Source: Vulcanimicrobiota bacterium
GTDB taxonomy: Bacteria; Vulcanimicrobiota; Vulcanimicrobiia; Vulcanimicrobiales; Vulcanimicrobiaceae
Direction: 5' to 3'
Assembly: GCA_963795855.1 (NCBI GenBank)
Contig: CAWCIZ010000003.1
Coordinates: forward strand, 448,001 to 512,000
Length of the DNA: 64,000 nucleotides
The position numbers and the translations under genes are program-made. Positions 50,222 to 60,760 of this stretch are shown one piece after another (position 1 is the first letter of the stretch; every line of letters starts with the position of its first letter). The notes beneath the pieces were generated by a model. It was not told where the DNA came from. It ran no database searches and saw nothing but the letters and a program-made list of their open reading frames with translations.

Positions 50222-52600
50222 ATGTATCGCCGTTCCCCGCTCTTCACGTTCGGGCTCATTGCCGCACTGCTCGCCGCATGCGTCCCCGCTTCGGCAGCGC
50301 GCCCGCTGCTCGATTACCACCGACTGGACGCGTATTTCACGCTTTTCGCGCACGATGCAAACGTCCCGTGGAAGTCGGCGACGGTCCGCTTGGACACCTA
50401 CACGAGCGCGCCCGTCGATTTCGCGGCGTATCAAGTGGATCCGGCGGATGTCATCGTCGCCGGCTCCAATACGCAGCCGCGCGCCATCGATACGCGCCGC
50501 CGCAGGCCGGTGGTCCGCTGGCGGTACACGCCGCCCGGGGGCTATCGATTTCAAAGTAACGACGTGCAGGTTCCGCTCGGTTCGCGCGAAGGGTTTTTCG
50601 TGATCGAAGCGCGGCGCGGAAACGTCGGCGAGCAGGTGTGGATCGATCGCACGCGCATCGGTTTGCTGACGAAGGAAACGCCCGGAGGCATTCTCCTGTA
50701 CGGCGCGGATCTCGGCACGGGACGTCCGCTCGCGCGCATGCGCGTTTCGTTCATCGTCGACGGCCGTTTTACGGATCGCCTCACCAACGCGAGCGGAATC
50801 GTGCTCTGGCGTTCGAGGCCGCGGCCGGTATTCGCGCTTGCGCAATGGGGCGCGAGCGTCGCATTCGTGTCGTTCTTGCCGCAGGCGCCGCTGCCGGGAA
50901 CGATCGTCGGCGTGAAGACGGATTCGGCGGTCGTGCACGGCGGCGACGAGCTGCACGTTGCGGGATTCGCGAGGTCGCGCGGCGGCGGACGTTTGCGCGC
51001 TTCGGGCGGCGAGGCATCCGTGACGTTGCGTTCGCCGTGGGGCGTCGCCGCGCAAACCGCGGTCCGATTGGACGCAGCCGGAGCATTCTCCGCGTCGCTG
51101 CACGTGCCCGAATCGAGCCGCGCGGGAGACTACAGCGTGATCGCGAGCGTGAACGGCGCGACCGCCGGCACAAGCGTGCACGTCGATGCCGACGCGAACG
51201 GCCTCTCGCTTTCGCTTGCGCCGCAATGCGAAGGCTTGGGATGCGATGCCGGCGCCGACATTCCCGTCGTCGTTCGCGCAATGCGCGGAATGCTGCCGGC
51301 GCAAGGGGTGAACGTCGACGTCGACGTCATACGCTCGCCGCACGTGTACGGCAGCGAAGCATCTTCGGATGCATGGGGCCTCTCCCGCTGGTACCGCGCC
51401 ACGCTGCGCACGGGTGCGGACGGTCGCGCACTGATCGACATCCCACGCCCGTCCGACGGCCTCGCGTCGACGTACGGCGTGCGCGTCGGCTCGGGCGGTG
51501 CGACGGCCGATACGCGAATCGCGGTGCCGACCGCTCCGATTGCGCTGCGCGTCGAACTCGAACGCGACGACATCGGAAGCGGCACGCCGGCAAGTTTCGA
51601 CGTTTTCGGAACGCGCGTTGCAACCGGCGCGCCGGCGCAAGACGTCATGGTGCGCGTGCAGCTCGTACACGGCAGCTCCATCCAGGAGCAAACCCTAAGG
51701 CTTGACGAGCGCGGGCGCGCGCACGGCGCATTTACCTCGCCGCAAGTCGGTTCTAACCTGGTCATCGCCGTCGCCGAAGCGGACGGCACGCGAGCCATGG
51801 ACGCGGCACAAGTACAAGTGGAACCGCAGACGATGGAACTGCAGAATGCGCAAGGCAGCCGAAACGTCGCCGTCACCCTCGATCGCAAACGCTATGCCGC
51901 GGGTGAATCGGCCCGCGTCGAAGGATCGCTGCCGGGAGCGCAAGGCAGCGCGCTTTTCACGCTCGAGGCGGCCGATCGAACCGATGCGCGCGTCGTCAAC
52001 GTTTCCGGCGGACGGGCGCGCGCTTCGTTCCGGATTGCGGATGCGCCCGGGGTTCTTGCCGCCGGAGCGGCGTTCGTTCGCGACGGCGCGCTGCAATGGA
52101 GCAGCGTTCCGCTTGCGGTCGATGCGCCCGGCCGGCCGATCTCGGCGAGCTTGCAACTGGACAAAAGCGCGTACGCGCCCGGCGCGACCGCGCTGGTAAA
52201 AATTGCGGACGTGCGGCCCGGAAGCGGCACCGCATTCGTGCGTATAACGAAAGGCACGCCGACGGGATCCGCTCTGTTCACGAGCGCGCCCGATCTGCTC
52301 GCAATCGGAACCACTGCGACGCAGGATACCGCCGTCGAAGGCGCTTCGTGGCATCCGTGGGTGGACTCGAGCGGCGTTCACGCGTTGATTCAAACGTTCG
52401 CGCGGCGCACCGCCCCACCCGAAGATCTCACGATGACGCAGGCCGACACTGCAAGCGTGTATTGGACGGTCGATCGCCGCAGCGGAGATTTGCTTACCGT
52501 GCCCGTTCCGGTTACGGCGGGCAAGTACGTCATTTCGCTGCTGAAAGTCGACGACGACGGCCGGGTGACCGCCGCATCCACCGATTTACTCGTCCAGTGA
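50222..52600 (+). CDS. Secreted alpha-2-macroglobulin-like (MG-domain) protein without thioester domain
   Basis: Signal peptide; repeated Ig-like strands (KTDSAVVHGGD, LDAAGAFSASLHVP..AGDY, LDRKRYAAGE, LDKSAYAPG); no CxEQ. Confidence 0.55.
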   Translation: MYRRSPLFTFGLIAALLAACVPASAARPLLDYHRLDAYFTLFAHDANVPWKSATVRLDTYTSAPVDFAAYQVDPADVIVAGSNTQPRAIDTRRRRPVVRWRYTPPGGYRFQSNDVQVPLGSREGFFVIEARRGNVGEQVWIDRTRIGLLTKETPGGILLYGADLGTGRPLARMRVSFIVDGRFTDRLTNASGIVLWRSRPRPVFALAQWGASVAFVSFLPQAPLPGTIVGVKTDSAVVHGGDELHVAGFARSRGGGRLRASGGEASVTLRSPWGVAAQTAVRLDAAGAFSASLHVPESSRAGDYSVIASVNGATAGTSVHVDADANGLSLSLAPQCEGLGCDAGADIPVVVRAMRGMLPAQGVNVDVDVIRSPHVYGSEASSDAWGLSRWYRATLRTGADGRALIDIPRPSDGLASTYGVRVGSGGATADTRIAVPTAPIALRVELERDDIGSGTPASFDVFGTRVATGAPAQDVMVRVQLVHGSSIQEQTLRLDERGRAHGAFTSPQVGSNLVIAVAEADGTRAMDAAQVQVEPQTMELQNAQGSRNVAVTLDRKRYAAGESARVEGSLPGAQGSALFTLEAADRTDARVVNVSGGRARASFRIADAPGVLAAGAAFVRDGALQWSSVPLAVDAPGRPISASLQLDKSAYAPGATALVKIADVRPGSGTAFVRITKGTPTGSALFTSAPDLLAIGTTATQDTAVEGASWHPWVDSSGVHALIQTFARRTAPPEDLTMTQADTASVYWTVDRRSGDLLTVPVPVTAGKYVISLLKVDDDGRVTAASTDLLVQ

Positions 52601-55218
52601 CGGCGCATAAACTCATGCTGCTCGACACGTACGGGCTGGTGTACCGCGCGTTTTTCGCACTGCCTCCGCTCACCACGACGCGCGGCGTGCCGATCAATGC
52701 CGCCTACGGCTTCACGATGATGCTCAACAAAATCGTCACCGAAGAGAAACCCTCGCATCTCATCGCGGCATTCGACAAAGGTCTGCCGGCGCACCGCGTC
52801 GCGATGTATCAGCAGTACAAGGCGCAGCGCGATCAAATGCCCGACGATCTGCGCAGCCAGTTTGCGCTCGTTCGCCGCATCCTGGAGACGAACCGCATTC
52901 CAATCGTCGAAATCGAAGGTGAAGAAGCCGACGACGTCATCGCGACGCTCGCGCGCCAAGCCGAAGAGGCTGGGCGTCCAACGGTCGTCGTCACGGGCGA
53001 CACCGACCTGCTGCAGGTCGTCGACGAAAAAACCACGGTGTTGATGACGCGGCGCGGGATCACGGACCTCGGGCGTTACGACATGGATGCCGTGCGCGCG
53101 CGTTACGACGGGTTGGAGCCGCGTCAGCTTCCCGATTACCGCGGTCTCAAAGGCGATCCCTCGGATAATCTTCCCGGCATCCCGGGCGTCGGTGAAAAAA
53201 CGGCAATCAAACTGATCAAAGCCGCCGGGTCGCTGGATGCGTTGGTGTCGAAACCTGCGCTGGCCGGCTCCCCGAAACTGCAAAAGCTCGTGGAAGACTA
53301 CGGCAGACAGGCGCAAGTGTGCCGCGACGTTTCCGTCGCGCGCAAGGACCTGAGCATAACGCTCGATTGGGACGACGCGCGCTACACGCCGGCAAGCAGC
53401 GGCGAACTCTACCGGTTGTACGGCGAGCTGGAATTCAAGACGCTGCTGAACAAACTCGACGTTCCGCTCGAGATGCCGCTGCTCGAGACGCGGGAGCAGA
53501 TCCGCGGCCAATACCGCTCTTTCATTGCGGCGACGGACCCGCCGGAGTTTGTGGAACTCGCCCGCGAAATCGAAGAGTTTGCGAACGCGCATCGGATTGC
53601 GTTCGCGGTGCGCGCGGACGGTGAAATCGGAATGAGTTCGGAAATCGGGTTCGGCTTGGCTTTTTTGGCCGGCGCGCTCGCTCACGATCCGGTGAAGAGC
53701 GCGTTCGAAAAGGTGTGGCTCGGCGGGCAGCGCCTCGCGGCGCACGACGTAAAAGCGGTCCTGCATCTGCTGCGCGCTCGCGGCTTCGCGCCGCGAGTCT
53801 TCGCCGACGACACGATGATCGGCGCGCACCTGCTCAACCCGTCGCGAACGTTTGCGCCAATCGAAGACGCCGCGCAAGAGTTTTTGCAGACGTCCGTCGG
53901 CGAAGACGTCGCGGCGCACGCCGACGCGGTGCTGCAACTCGGCGAAAAGATTCGCACCGAACTGGCGCAGCGCGAGCAACTCGCGCTGTACGAAACGGTC
54001 GAAGTGCCGCTCGCGCCGATCTTGGCGAAGATGGAATGGACCGGCGTGCTTATCGATCCGCGCGAACTCGCTGCGCTGGCAAAGGAGATCGACGTTTCGG
54101 CCGAGCGTCTTCAGCGAGAGATTTACGAGCTCGCCGGAGAGCAGTTCAACATCGGCTCGCCGCAGCAGCTTGGTACGATTCTGTTCGCGAAGATGTGCTT
54201 GCCCGGCGGCAAGAAGACGAAAACCGGCTGGGCGACGGGCGTCGAGATTCTCCAAGGCCTCTCGCGTGACTATCCCATTTGCGCAAAAGTGCTGGAGTAT
54301 CGCGAGGTCACGAAGCTCAAGAACACGTACGTGGACGTGATCCCGTCCCTGACCGACAAAAGCGACGGTCGCCTGCGCACGATCTTCAATCAGACTGCGA
54401 CTGCCACCGGCCGCTTGAGTTCGACCAATCCGAACCTGCAAAATATTCCCGTGCGCGGCGATCTCGGACGGCGCATCCGTCGCGCGTTCGTGGCGCCTCC
54501 GGACGGCTTCGTGCTTCTGGCTGCGGATTACAGCCAGATCGAATTACGGCTGATGGCGCATCTTTCGGGTGACGAGGCGATGCGGCGCGCTTTTCACGAA
54601 GGACAAGACATTCACGATTTTACGGCGCGTCAAATCTTCAACGTAAACGCGCACGATACGGTCGACGGCAATCAGCGCCGCATCGCCAAATCGGTCAATT
54701 TCGGATTGCTTTACGGCATGTCGGATTTCGGGCTGGCGCAGCGTTTGGAGATCGGCCGCGCCGAAGCAAAGGAGATGACGCAAGCGTATTTCGCGCGCTT
54801 TCCCAGCGTGCGCGCGTACATTCAAAGCGTCATCGAGCAGGGCCGCGAGCAAGGGTTCGTTCGAACGATACTGGGACGCAGGCGTTACATGCCGGCATTG
54901 CGCTCGAGCAACTATATGCTTCGCTCCGCGGCGGAACGCGAAGCCACCAACGCACCGTTACAAGGCAGTGCGGCGGACATCATGAAGCTCGCAATGGTTC
55001 GTATCGACGGCGCGCTCGCGCGCGAAGGTCTGCGCGCGCGAATGCTGCTGCAGATTCACGACGAGCTGATCTTCGAGGCGGACGCCGGCCGGCTGCGGGA
55101 GATCGGGGCACTCGTACGCTCGGAAATGGAGCACGTCGCCGAATTGAGCGTTCCGCTCGCGGTGACGCTCAAGACGGGGCGAAACTGGTACGACGTCGAG
55201 GAAACGGATGATTTTTAG
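52597..55218 (+). CDS. polA: DNA polymerase I
   Basis: LLDTYGLVYRAFFAL, EADDVIATL, GDPSDNLPGIPGVGEKTA, TGRLSSTNPNLQNIP, DYSQIELR, NFGLLYG, QIHDEL. Confidence 0.97.
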   Translation: MTAHKLMLLDTYGLVYRAFFALPPLTTTRGVPINAAYGFTMMLNKIVTEEKPSHLIAAFDKGLPAHRVAMYQQYKAQRDQMPDDLRSQFALVRRILETNRIPIVEIEGEEADDVIATLARQAEEAGRPTVVVTGDTDLLQVVDEKTTVLMTRRGITDLGRYDMDAVRARYDGLEPRQLPDYRGLKGDPSDNLPGIPGVGEKTAIKLIKAAGSLDALVSKPALAGSPKLQKLVEDYGRQAQVCRDVSVARKDLSITLDWDDARYTPASSGELYRLYGELEFKTLLNKLDVPLEMPLLETREQIRGQYRSFIAATDPPEFVELAREIEEFANAHRIAFAVRADGEIGMSSEIGFGLAFLAGALAHDPVKSAFEKVWLGGQRLAAHDVKAVLHLLRARGFAPRVFADDTMIGAHLLNPSRTFAPIEDAAQEFLQTSVGEDVAAHADAVLQLGEKIRTELAQREQLALYETVEVPLAPILAKMEWTGVLIDPRELAALAKEIDVSAERLQREIYELAGEQFNIGSPQQLGTILFAKMCLPGGKKTKTGWATGVEILQGLSRDYPICAKVLEYREVTKLKNTYVDVIPSLTDKSDGRLRTIFNQTATATGRLSSTNPNLQNIPVRGDLGRRIRRAFVAPPDGFVLLAADYSQIELRLMAHLSGDEAMRRAFHEGQDIHDFTARQIFNVNAHDTVDGNQRRIAKSVNFGLLYGMSDFGLAQRLEIGRAEAKEMTQAYFARFPSVRAYIQSVIEQGREQGFVRTILGRRRYMPALRSSNYMLRSAAEREATNAPLQGSAADIMKLAMVRIDGALAREGLRARMLLQIHDELIFEADAGRLREIGALVRSEMEHVAELSVPLAVTLKTGRNWYDVEETDDF

Positions 55219-55661
55219 CACGCTCGCGCTGAGCGTTGCAGCCGCGGCGTCGCCGGCAGCGATGCCGGCCCCGCAGTCGCTTGCCGTGACGACGTTGCGC
55301 GCGCCTGCAGCGGTGCTGCGGGTTCAGGTCGCGCGTACCGAAGAGCAACGCGAACGCGGATTGATGTCGGTGCGGCATCTAGCGCCGCACACGGGCATGC
55401 TCTTCGTTTTCGATAGCGATGCGCCCGTCGCGTTCTGGATGAAGGACACGCTCATTCCGCTCGACATGGTGTTCGTCGCGCCGACCGGCATGGTTCGCCG
55501 GGTCTTCCCACGCGTGCCGGTTGTTTCACCGCAGCTCGCGGACGCGCGCATTCCGCTCGAGCAAGCTTCTGCGAAATACGTGATCGAGCTCGCCGGCGGG
55601 CGAGGCTGCGTGCGACGGATTGCGTCCCGGCGCGCGCATTCGCGGCCTTCCGCCCGCTTAA
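55208..55661 (+). CDS. DUF192 domain protein (frameshift near 55600)
   Basis: VARTEEQRERGLM, GMLFVF, FWMKDTLIPLDMVFV, YVIEL. Confidence 0.85.
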
Positions 55662-55665
55662 CGCC

Positions 55666-56479
55666 ATGCCGGAACTGCCCGAAGTGGAAACCATCGTCCG
55701 CGGTCTCAAACCGGCAATCGCCGGCAAAACCATTACTTCCGCGAACGTGTCTTTAAAGAAGGTTGCCGTCAGCTCCGGCGGGTCTGCGCTTCGAACGTGC
55801 AATTGCAGGGGAACGCATCGTATCGGTTACTCGGCGCGGAAAATACGCGGTTTTCGAGCTTTCTTCTGGCCGATCGCTCGTAACCAGCCTGCGCATGACG
55901 GGGCGCTTGGTCGTTCTTCCGGCGCAAGCTCCGGCTTATCCCTATACGCACGTAGAACTTCGCTTTACCGACGGCACCCGGCTGGCGTTTGCCGACGTGC
56001 GCCAATTCGGCCGAATGCGCCTCGTGGAGCCGGGCGAGCCCTGGGACGCCGAATTGGGCCTCGAACCGCTTTCGGAAAGCTTTACTCCGGACCGCTTTAT
56101 CGGTATGCTTTCGGGGCGGACAACGCCGGTCAAGGTTTTTCTCCTTGATCAGCGGCGCATCGCCGGCGTGGGAAACATCTATGCATGCGAGGCGCTTTGG
56201 CAGGCCGGGATTCGTCCCGGTACGCCCGCGAAGCGGCTGAGTAAACCCGCCGCTGCGCGATTGCATAACGCACTCGTCGACGTTCTCCAGCGTGCCATCG
56301 ACATGCGTGGAAGCAGCGTGGACGATTACGTCGATGCGGGTGGACTGAAGGGCGGATTTCAAAACGTTCTTTCGGTTTACGGACGCACCGGAAAGAGCTG
56401 CAGCAAATGCGGCGGCTCGATAATCCGGACGGTCATCGCACAACGCGGCACGTGGTGGTGCCGCAAATGCCAAAAATAA
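55666..56479 (+). CDS. mutM: Formamidopyrimidine-DNA glycosylase (frameshift near 55770)
   Basis: MPELPEVET, RRGKY, LRMTG, LLDQ..IAGVGNIYACE, C-terminal CSKC...CRKCQ zinc finger. Confidence 0.93.
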
Positions 56480-56503
56480 AGAACTAGACGTCCCCATAGG
56501 GGT

Positions 56504-56595
56504 CCCACACGGCGACAGTCAGTGTGGGGGCGCGCAGCGCCGGACAATGCGCGAATCGCATTGTCAACAAAATATGAAAGGTTAGGAACCACAAC
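56504..56595 (+). promoter_or_regulatory. Structured leader of rpsA (two hairpins plus A-rich tract and SD)
   Basis: CCCACAC 56504/GTGTGGG 56522; GACAATGCG 56543/CGCATTGTC 56557; AGGAA at 56584. Confidence 0.5.
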
Positions 56596-57738
56596 ATCTC
56601 TACGACTGACATCGCTCCGGTGCAACACGAAGAAGAGGATCAACTCGCACTCGAGCAGCGCCTCTACGAAGAATCGCTCAAAGTCCTCGACGAAGGACAG
56701 GTTCTAAACGGAATCATCGTCGCCAAATATCAGGACGAATTGCTGGTGGACATCGGCGGTAAATCCGAAGGCATCCTGCCGTTCCGCGAACTCTCGCTGG
56801 CCATCGAGCCGAAAGAATTGAAAGTCAACGATACGTTGGAAGTCATGATCCATCGCATCGACGACCAGGACGGAACGCTGTTTCTCTCCGAGCGCCGGGC
56901 ACGCGCGCTCAAGACGTGGGAGAAAGTCATCGAAGCGCACGATCGCGACGAAGTGATCGAAGCCACGGTGACGCAGGTGGTCAAAGGCGGCGTCCTCGTC
57001 GACCTGGGTATGCGCGGTTTCGTGCCCGCGTCTCAAATTCGCCGCCAACCCGTCGGCAATCTCGACGAACTGGTCGGCAAGAAACTGCGGCTCAAGGTCA
57101 TCGATCTCGATCACAAGCGCCATCGCGTCGTGCTTTCCCAGCGTTTGGTTCTCGAAGAAGAACTCAACGCGAAGAAGCAGGAACTGCTGGGCACGCTCGA
57201 GGTCGGCCAGATTCGTGAAGGCGTAGTGGTGCGCTTGGCGGAGTTCGGCGCGTTCGTGGATCTGGGCGGCATCGACGGCCTGATTCACAATAGCGAACTG
57301 GGCTATGCCCGCATCAAGCACCCCTCGGAAGTCGTGAAGATCGGCGACGTCGTCAACGTCGAGATCATGAAGTTCGATGCCGAGGCGAAGAAGGTCAGCC
57401 TTTCGCTCAAACACGCGCTGCCCGATCCGTGGGACGAGCACGCGGACAAACTCTACGAAACGAACAAGCTCACCGCGCAAATCGTGAAAGTGACTCCAAA
57501 CTATCTCTTGGTCGAGATCGTTCCCGGCGTGCTTGCGATGGTGCCGAAAGGCGAGTTCGATCCGGCCGCGCAGTTCAGCCCGGGTCAAGAGGTCGAAGTG
57601 ACTCTCCTCACGATCAATCATGCGACCCGCCGCATCACGGCGTCGATTCAGCACGTCGCAGACGTACCTCTCGAGGAAATCGAGAAGTATGCCATCGACG
57701 AAGAAGTCGGTGCGCCCGTCGAAGCTCCGGCAGGGTAA
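56596..57738 (+). CDS. rpsA: 30S ribosomal protein S1 (four S1 domains); start may be ATC 56596 or GTG 56620
   Basis: LVDIGGKSEG, VVKGGVLVDLGMRGFVPASQ, FGAFVDLGGIDGLIHNSEL, KVSLSLK. Confidence 0.88.
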   Translation: MSTTDIAPVQHEEEDQLALEQRLYEESLKVLDEGQVLNGIIVAKYQDELLVDIGGKSEGILPFRELSLAIEPKELKVNDTLEVMIHRIDDQDGTLFLSERRARALKTWEKVIEAHDRDEVIEATVTQVVKGGVLVDLGMRGFVPASQIRRQPVGNLDELVGKKLRLKVIDLDHKRHRVVLSQRLVLEEELNAKKQELLGTLEVGQIREGVVVRLAEFGAFVDLGGIDGLIHNSELGYARIKHPSEVVKIGDVVNVEIMKFDAEAKKVSLSLKHALPDPWDEHADKLYETNKLTAQIVKVTPNYLLVEIVPGVLAMVPKGEFDPAAQFSPGQEVEVTLLTINHATRRITASIQHVADVPLEEIEKYAIDEEVGAPVEAPAG

Positions 57739-57759
57739 GCGCTCGCTGGTAAGAGTAAT

Positions 57760-57797
57760 AAGAGCCGTCGCTCTAGAAGCGTCGGCTCTTGTTCTTT
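57760..57797 (+). terminator. Putative intrinsic terminator after rpsA
   Basis: AAGAGCCG-T-CGCT-loop-AGCG-T-CGGCTCTT followed by GTTCTTT. Confidence 0.6.
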
Positions 57798-57850
57798 ATG
57801 CGCCATCTTCGCTGAGGGGCAACTGATATGGGTGCTGAGGACCATCTTCC

Positions 57851-58438
57851 GTGAGAGTGGGACTGACCGGCGGCATCGGTTCCGGGAAAAGCGAGGTCGC
57901 GCGGATCCTCGAGTCTTTGGGTGCATACGTCGTCGATACCGATAAGCTCGCCCGCCAAGCCGTAGCGCCGGGAAGTGACGGCTTGCGCCAAATCGCGCGT
58001 GCGTGGCCTTCCGTCGTTCGCGATGACTGTCTGGATCGCGCGGCGCTGGCGCAAATCGTCTTCAGCGATCCGACGGCGCGCGAACGTTTGAATGCAATCG
58101 TGCATCCGCACGTGCGGCGTTTCGCCGAGGAATGCGATCGGTATGCTCGTCCTGGGCAACTCATCGTGCACGTCGTCCCGCTGCTTTTCGAAAGCGACTA
58201 CGACGAGCGCGTCGACGCGAGCATCCTCGTCGTGGCGCCCGAAGCGGAGCGTCTTCGCCGCGTAACGCAGCGCGATCGTCTGAGTGAAGAGCAAGTTCGG
58301 GCCCGAATTGCCGCGCAAATCGATCCGGAAGAGGCGCGTTGCCGCGCGACGTACGTCGTGGAGAACGCAGCCGGTTTCCCGCAACTGCGCGAACAAGTTC
58401 GTGAGGTTTACGACGCGCTGACTCGCCAGCGAGTGTAA
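57851..58438 (+). CDS. coaE: Dephospho-CoA kinase
   Basis: VGLTGGIGSGKS, DTDKLAR, LDRAALAQIVF, LNAIVHP, VPLLFE. Confidence 0.95.
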   Translation: MRVGLTGGIGSGKSEVARILESLGAYVVDTDKLARQAVAPGSDGLRQIARAWPSVVRDDCLDRAALAQIVFSDPTARERLNAIVHPHVRRFAEECDRYARPGQLIVHVVPLLFESDYDERVDASILVVAPEAERLRRVTQRDRLSEEQVRARIAAQIDPEEARCRATYVVENAAGFPQLREQVREVYDALTRQRV

Positions 58439-58457
58439 CCCGGAAAGGCGTAAGACT

Positions 58458-58847
58458 ATGCGCGTACTGCTTTCCATTGCGGCGGCCGCCGCATTTCTCG
58501 CAGCGCCGCTCCAGAGCGTCGCCGCATCAACGCCAGTCAAGAGCGTCACGTATCGCACGTCGTACCACGAGATCGAGCCGAGGCCGAGCGCAGGAGCGTA
58601 CACCGGCAGGATGACGCTCCGTTTCGACGGCGACGGCATCGTAAGCGGCACCTATCGCGATGACTTTTCCGGTGATCTGCATACGCTAACCGGCGGCATG
58701 CGTGGGAACAGCCTCTGGTTTTCAATTGGAATGCGCGGCGGCCGCCGTTTTAACGGAACGGTTCGCGCCGACGGCACGATCACGGGATCGCTGACGCTGC
58801 AGCGCGGTCCGGCCGTCTATCAGTTCACCGCCGTTCCGGGAAGCTAA
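58458..58847 (+). CDS. Hypothetical secreted beta-rich protein
   Basis: Signal peptide; G-rich strands (GIVSGTY, FNGTV..GTITGS). Confidence 0.6.
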   Translation: MRVLLSIAAAAAFLAAPLQSVAASTPVKSVTYRTSYHEIEPRPSAGAYTGRMTLRFDGDGIVSGTYRDDFSGDLHTLTGGMRGNSLWFSIGMRGGRRFNGTVRADGTITGSLTLQRGPAVYQFTAVPGS

Positions 58848-60420
58848 CCGCGCAAAACGCGGCCGGGGCGCGCGTTGGTGAACGCTCCGTTCATCAGCAC
58901 GGCGCGGCCGTTGACGATGACGTGTTCGATTCCGGCCGGCAATTGATACGGCGCCTCGTACGTCGCGGTGTCGCGAATACACTTCAGCGTCGAAAACAAC
59001 CAGGTCGGCATAGTTTCCGACGCTGATGCTGCCGCGATCGCGAAGACCGAATATGCTCGCCGGCAGCGAAGTCATGCGGCGCACCGCCTCCACGAGATCG
59101 AGCGTCTTACGGCCGCGAACGTACCGGCCGAACACCCGCGGAAACGTTCCAAACGTTCGCGGATGCGGTACGCCGCGGGCCGTGGGACCGTCGAGCGCCC
59201 GAATCGAAGCGTCGCTGCCCACGCAGCAAAAATCGGCGGAAATCACCGTAGCCACATCGTCTTCGCACATTTTGAAGAATGCGGCGCCCACTTCGAGGCG
59301 TTCTTCACGCAGCAGCCGCACCGCCGCGGCCGCGGGCGACATGCGCCACGCACTCGCGATCTCGTCCATGCGCATGCCCGCGACACGCGCGTTTTTCTCG
59401 GAACCGACTTCCGTAACGAGCATGTCGCGCCACTGCTCGCCTTGGTGCAAACGCAGATACAATTCGATCGACGCCGCGGTTTCCGGATCGCTCAGGCGTT
59501 CGAGCGTTGCGTCGACTCCGCCGTGTCTGGCTTGCGCTGGAAGGATCGTCGCGAGTTCGGTCCAGCTCGCAATATAGGGATATACGTCGCAGTACGCATC
59601 GAGGCCGCGTTGACGCTCGCGCATCGATGCGTTCCAGCGTGCGATGCACTTTGCCCCAATTCTTCTTGCCGGACGCTTTATGATGCGAGCACTGTACGAG
59701 CACGTCCGCGCGGCGGCCGATCTCGAGCGCTTCTTCGACCGCGGGGATCAACTCGTCGCCCTCGCTGCGTAAATGTGATGCGTAACGCGGTGCGTTCGCC
59801 TCGCGTGCAGCGCATGCCATGGCAACGAGTTCGTCCGTTCCCGCATACATCGACGGTGGGTAGATGAGCCCGCTGGAAACGCCAAGCGCGCCGTGCTCGC
59901 ACGCTTCTCGAACCGCGCGCGCCTGCGCGAGTAGTTCTTCACGCTCGAGTTTCTTTTCGGAATCGCCGGCGGCGAGTTGGCGCGTCGTTCCCAAACCTAC
60001 GAGCGTCGCGACGTTCAGCGCTACGCCATTCGCTTCGACCAGCCGGAAAAATTCGTCCAGCGTTCGCCACGTAACGTCCAATCCGACGTGCGCCGCGCTG
60101 CGGCGCACGCGCTCCAAACTCGGTCCGTGCAGCGGCGCGACGGACATTCCGCAGTTCCCGCCGATTTCCGTCGTTACGCCTTGCGCGATTTTGCCGTCGC
60201 AGCGCGGCAGCGCAAGCCAAAGTTCGTCGCTGTGCGAATGCACGTCGATGAAACCGGGTACGATGGTCTTACCGCTGCAATCGACGCGCGCCAGGGCGTC
60301 GCGTTCGTGCAAATCGCCGATCAGTGCTATGCGATCTGCGACGATTCCGACGTCAGTCGTATAAGAAGAATGACCCATGCCATCGATGATTGCGGCATTT
60401 TCGAGCACCGTCGTGATCAA
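58844..60420 (-). CDS. N-acyl-D-amino-acid deacylase (D-aminoacylase), amidohydrolase family (frameshifts near 59615 and 58980)
   Basis: PGFIDVHSHSD, QGVTTEIGGNCG, SHLRSE, SHHK, DVYPY, GSD, PHPRTFGTFPR, ADLVVFD, RPGRVLRG*. Confidence 0.9.
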
Positions 60421-60446
60421 AAAGTGATAGTCCTGTCCGCTGCTTC

Positions 60447-60471
60447 GTTTAACAGGCGGTCGAGTGGGTAT
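60447..60471 (+). promoter_or_regulatory. Sigma-B/SigF-type general stress promoter
   Basis: GTTTAA-N13-GGGTAT, matching the sigma-B consensus, 40 nt upstream of a gsiB-like gene. Confidence 0.7.
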
Positions 60472-60511
60472 TTAGTCCGTGACATTTCTCACTTCGAGGT
60501 GTGAAACTAGC

Positions 60512-60760
60512 ATGGCAGTTCAAGAAAATTCCCAGGGGCCCGGCGGTGGCATGACCGTCCGAGAAGCAGGCAAGCGCGGGGGTGAACGCGTGAAGGCCAA
60601 ATACGGCACCGAGTTTTATGAAGCGATCGGTCGCAAAGGCGGCGAGGCCACCAAGGAAAAGTATGGCCCGTCCTTCTACGAGGTGATCGGACAAAAAGGC
60701 GGTCAGAAGACTAAAGCGGAAGACGTCTTAACCCTATATCTTTCCACCGGGGTCAACTAA
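60512..60760 (+). CDS. KGG-repeat general stress protein (GsiB/Em-like)
   Basis: MTVREAGKRGG, FYEAIGRKGG, FYEVIGQKGG; SD GAGGTG. Confidence 0.88.
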   Translation: MAVQENSQGPGGGMTVREAGKRGGERVKAKYGTEFYEAIGRKGGEATKEKYGPSFYEVIGQKGGQKTKAEDVLTLYLSTGVN

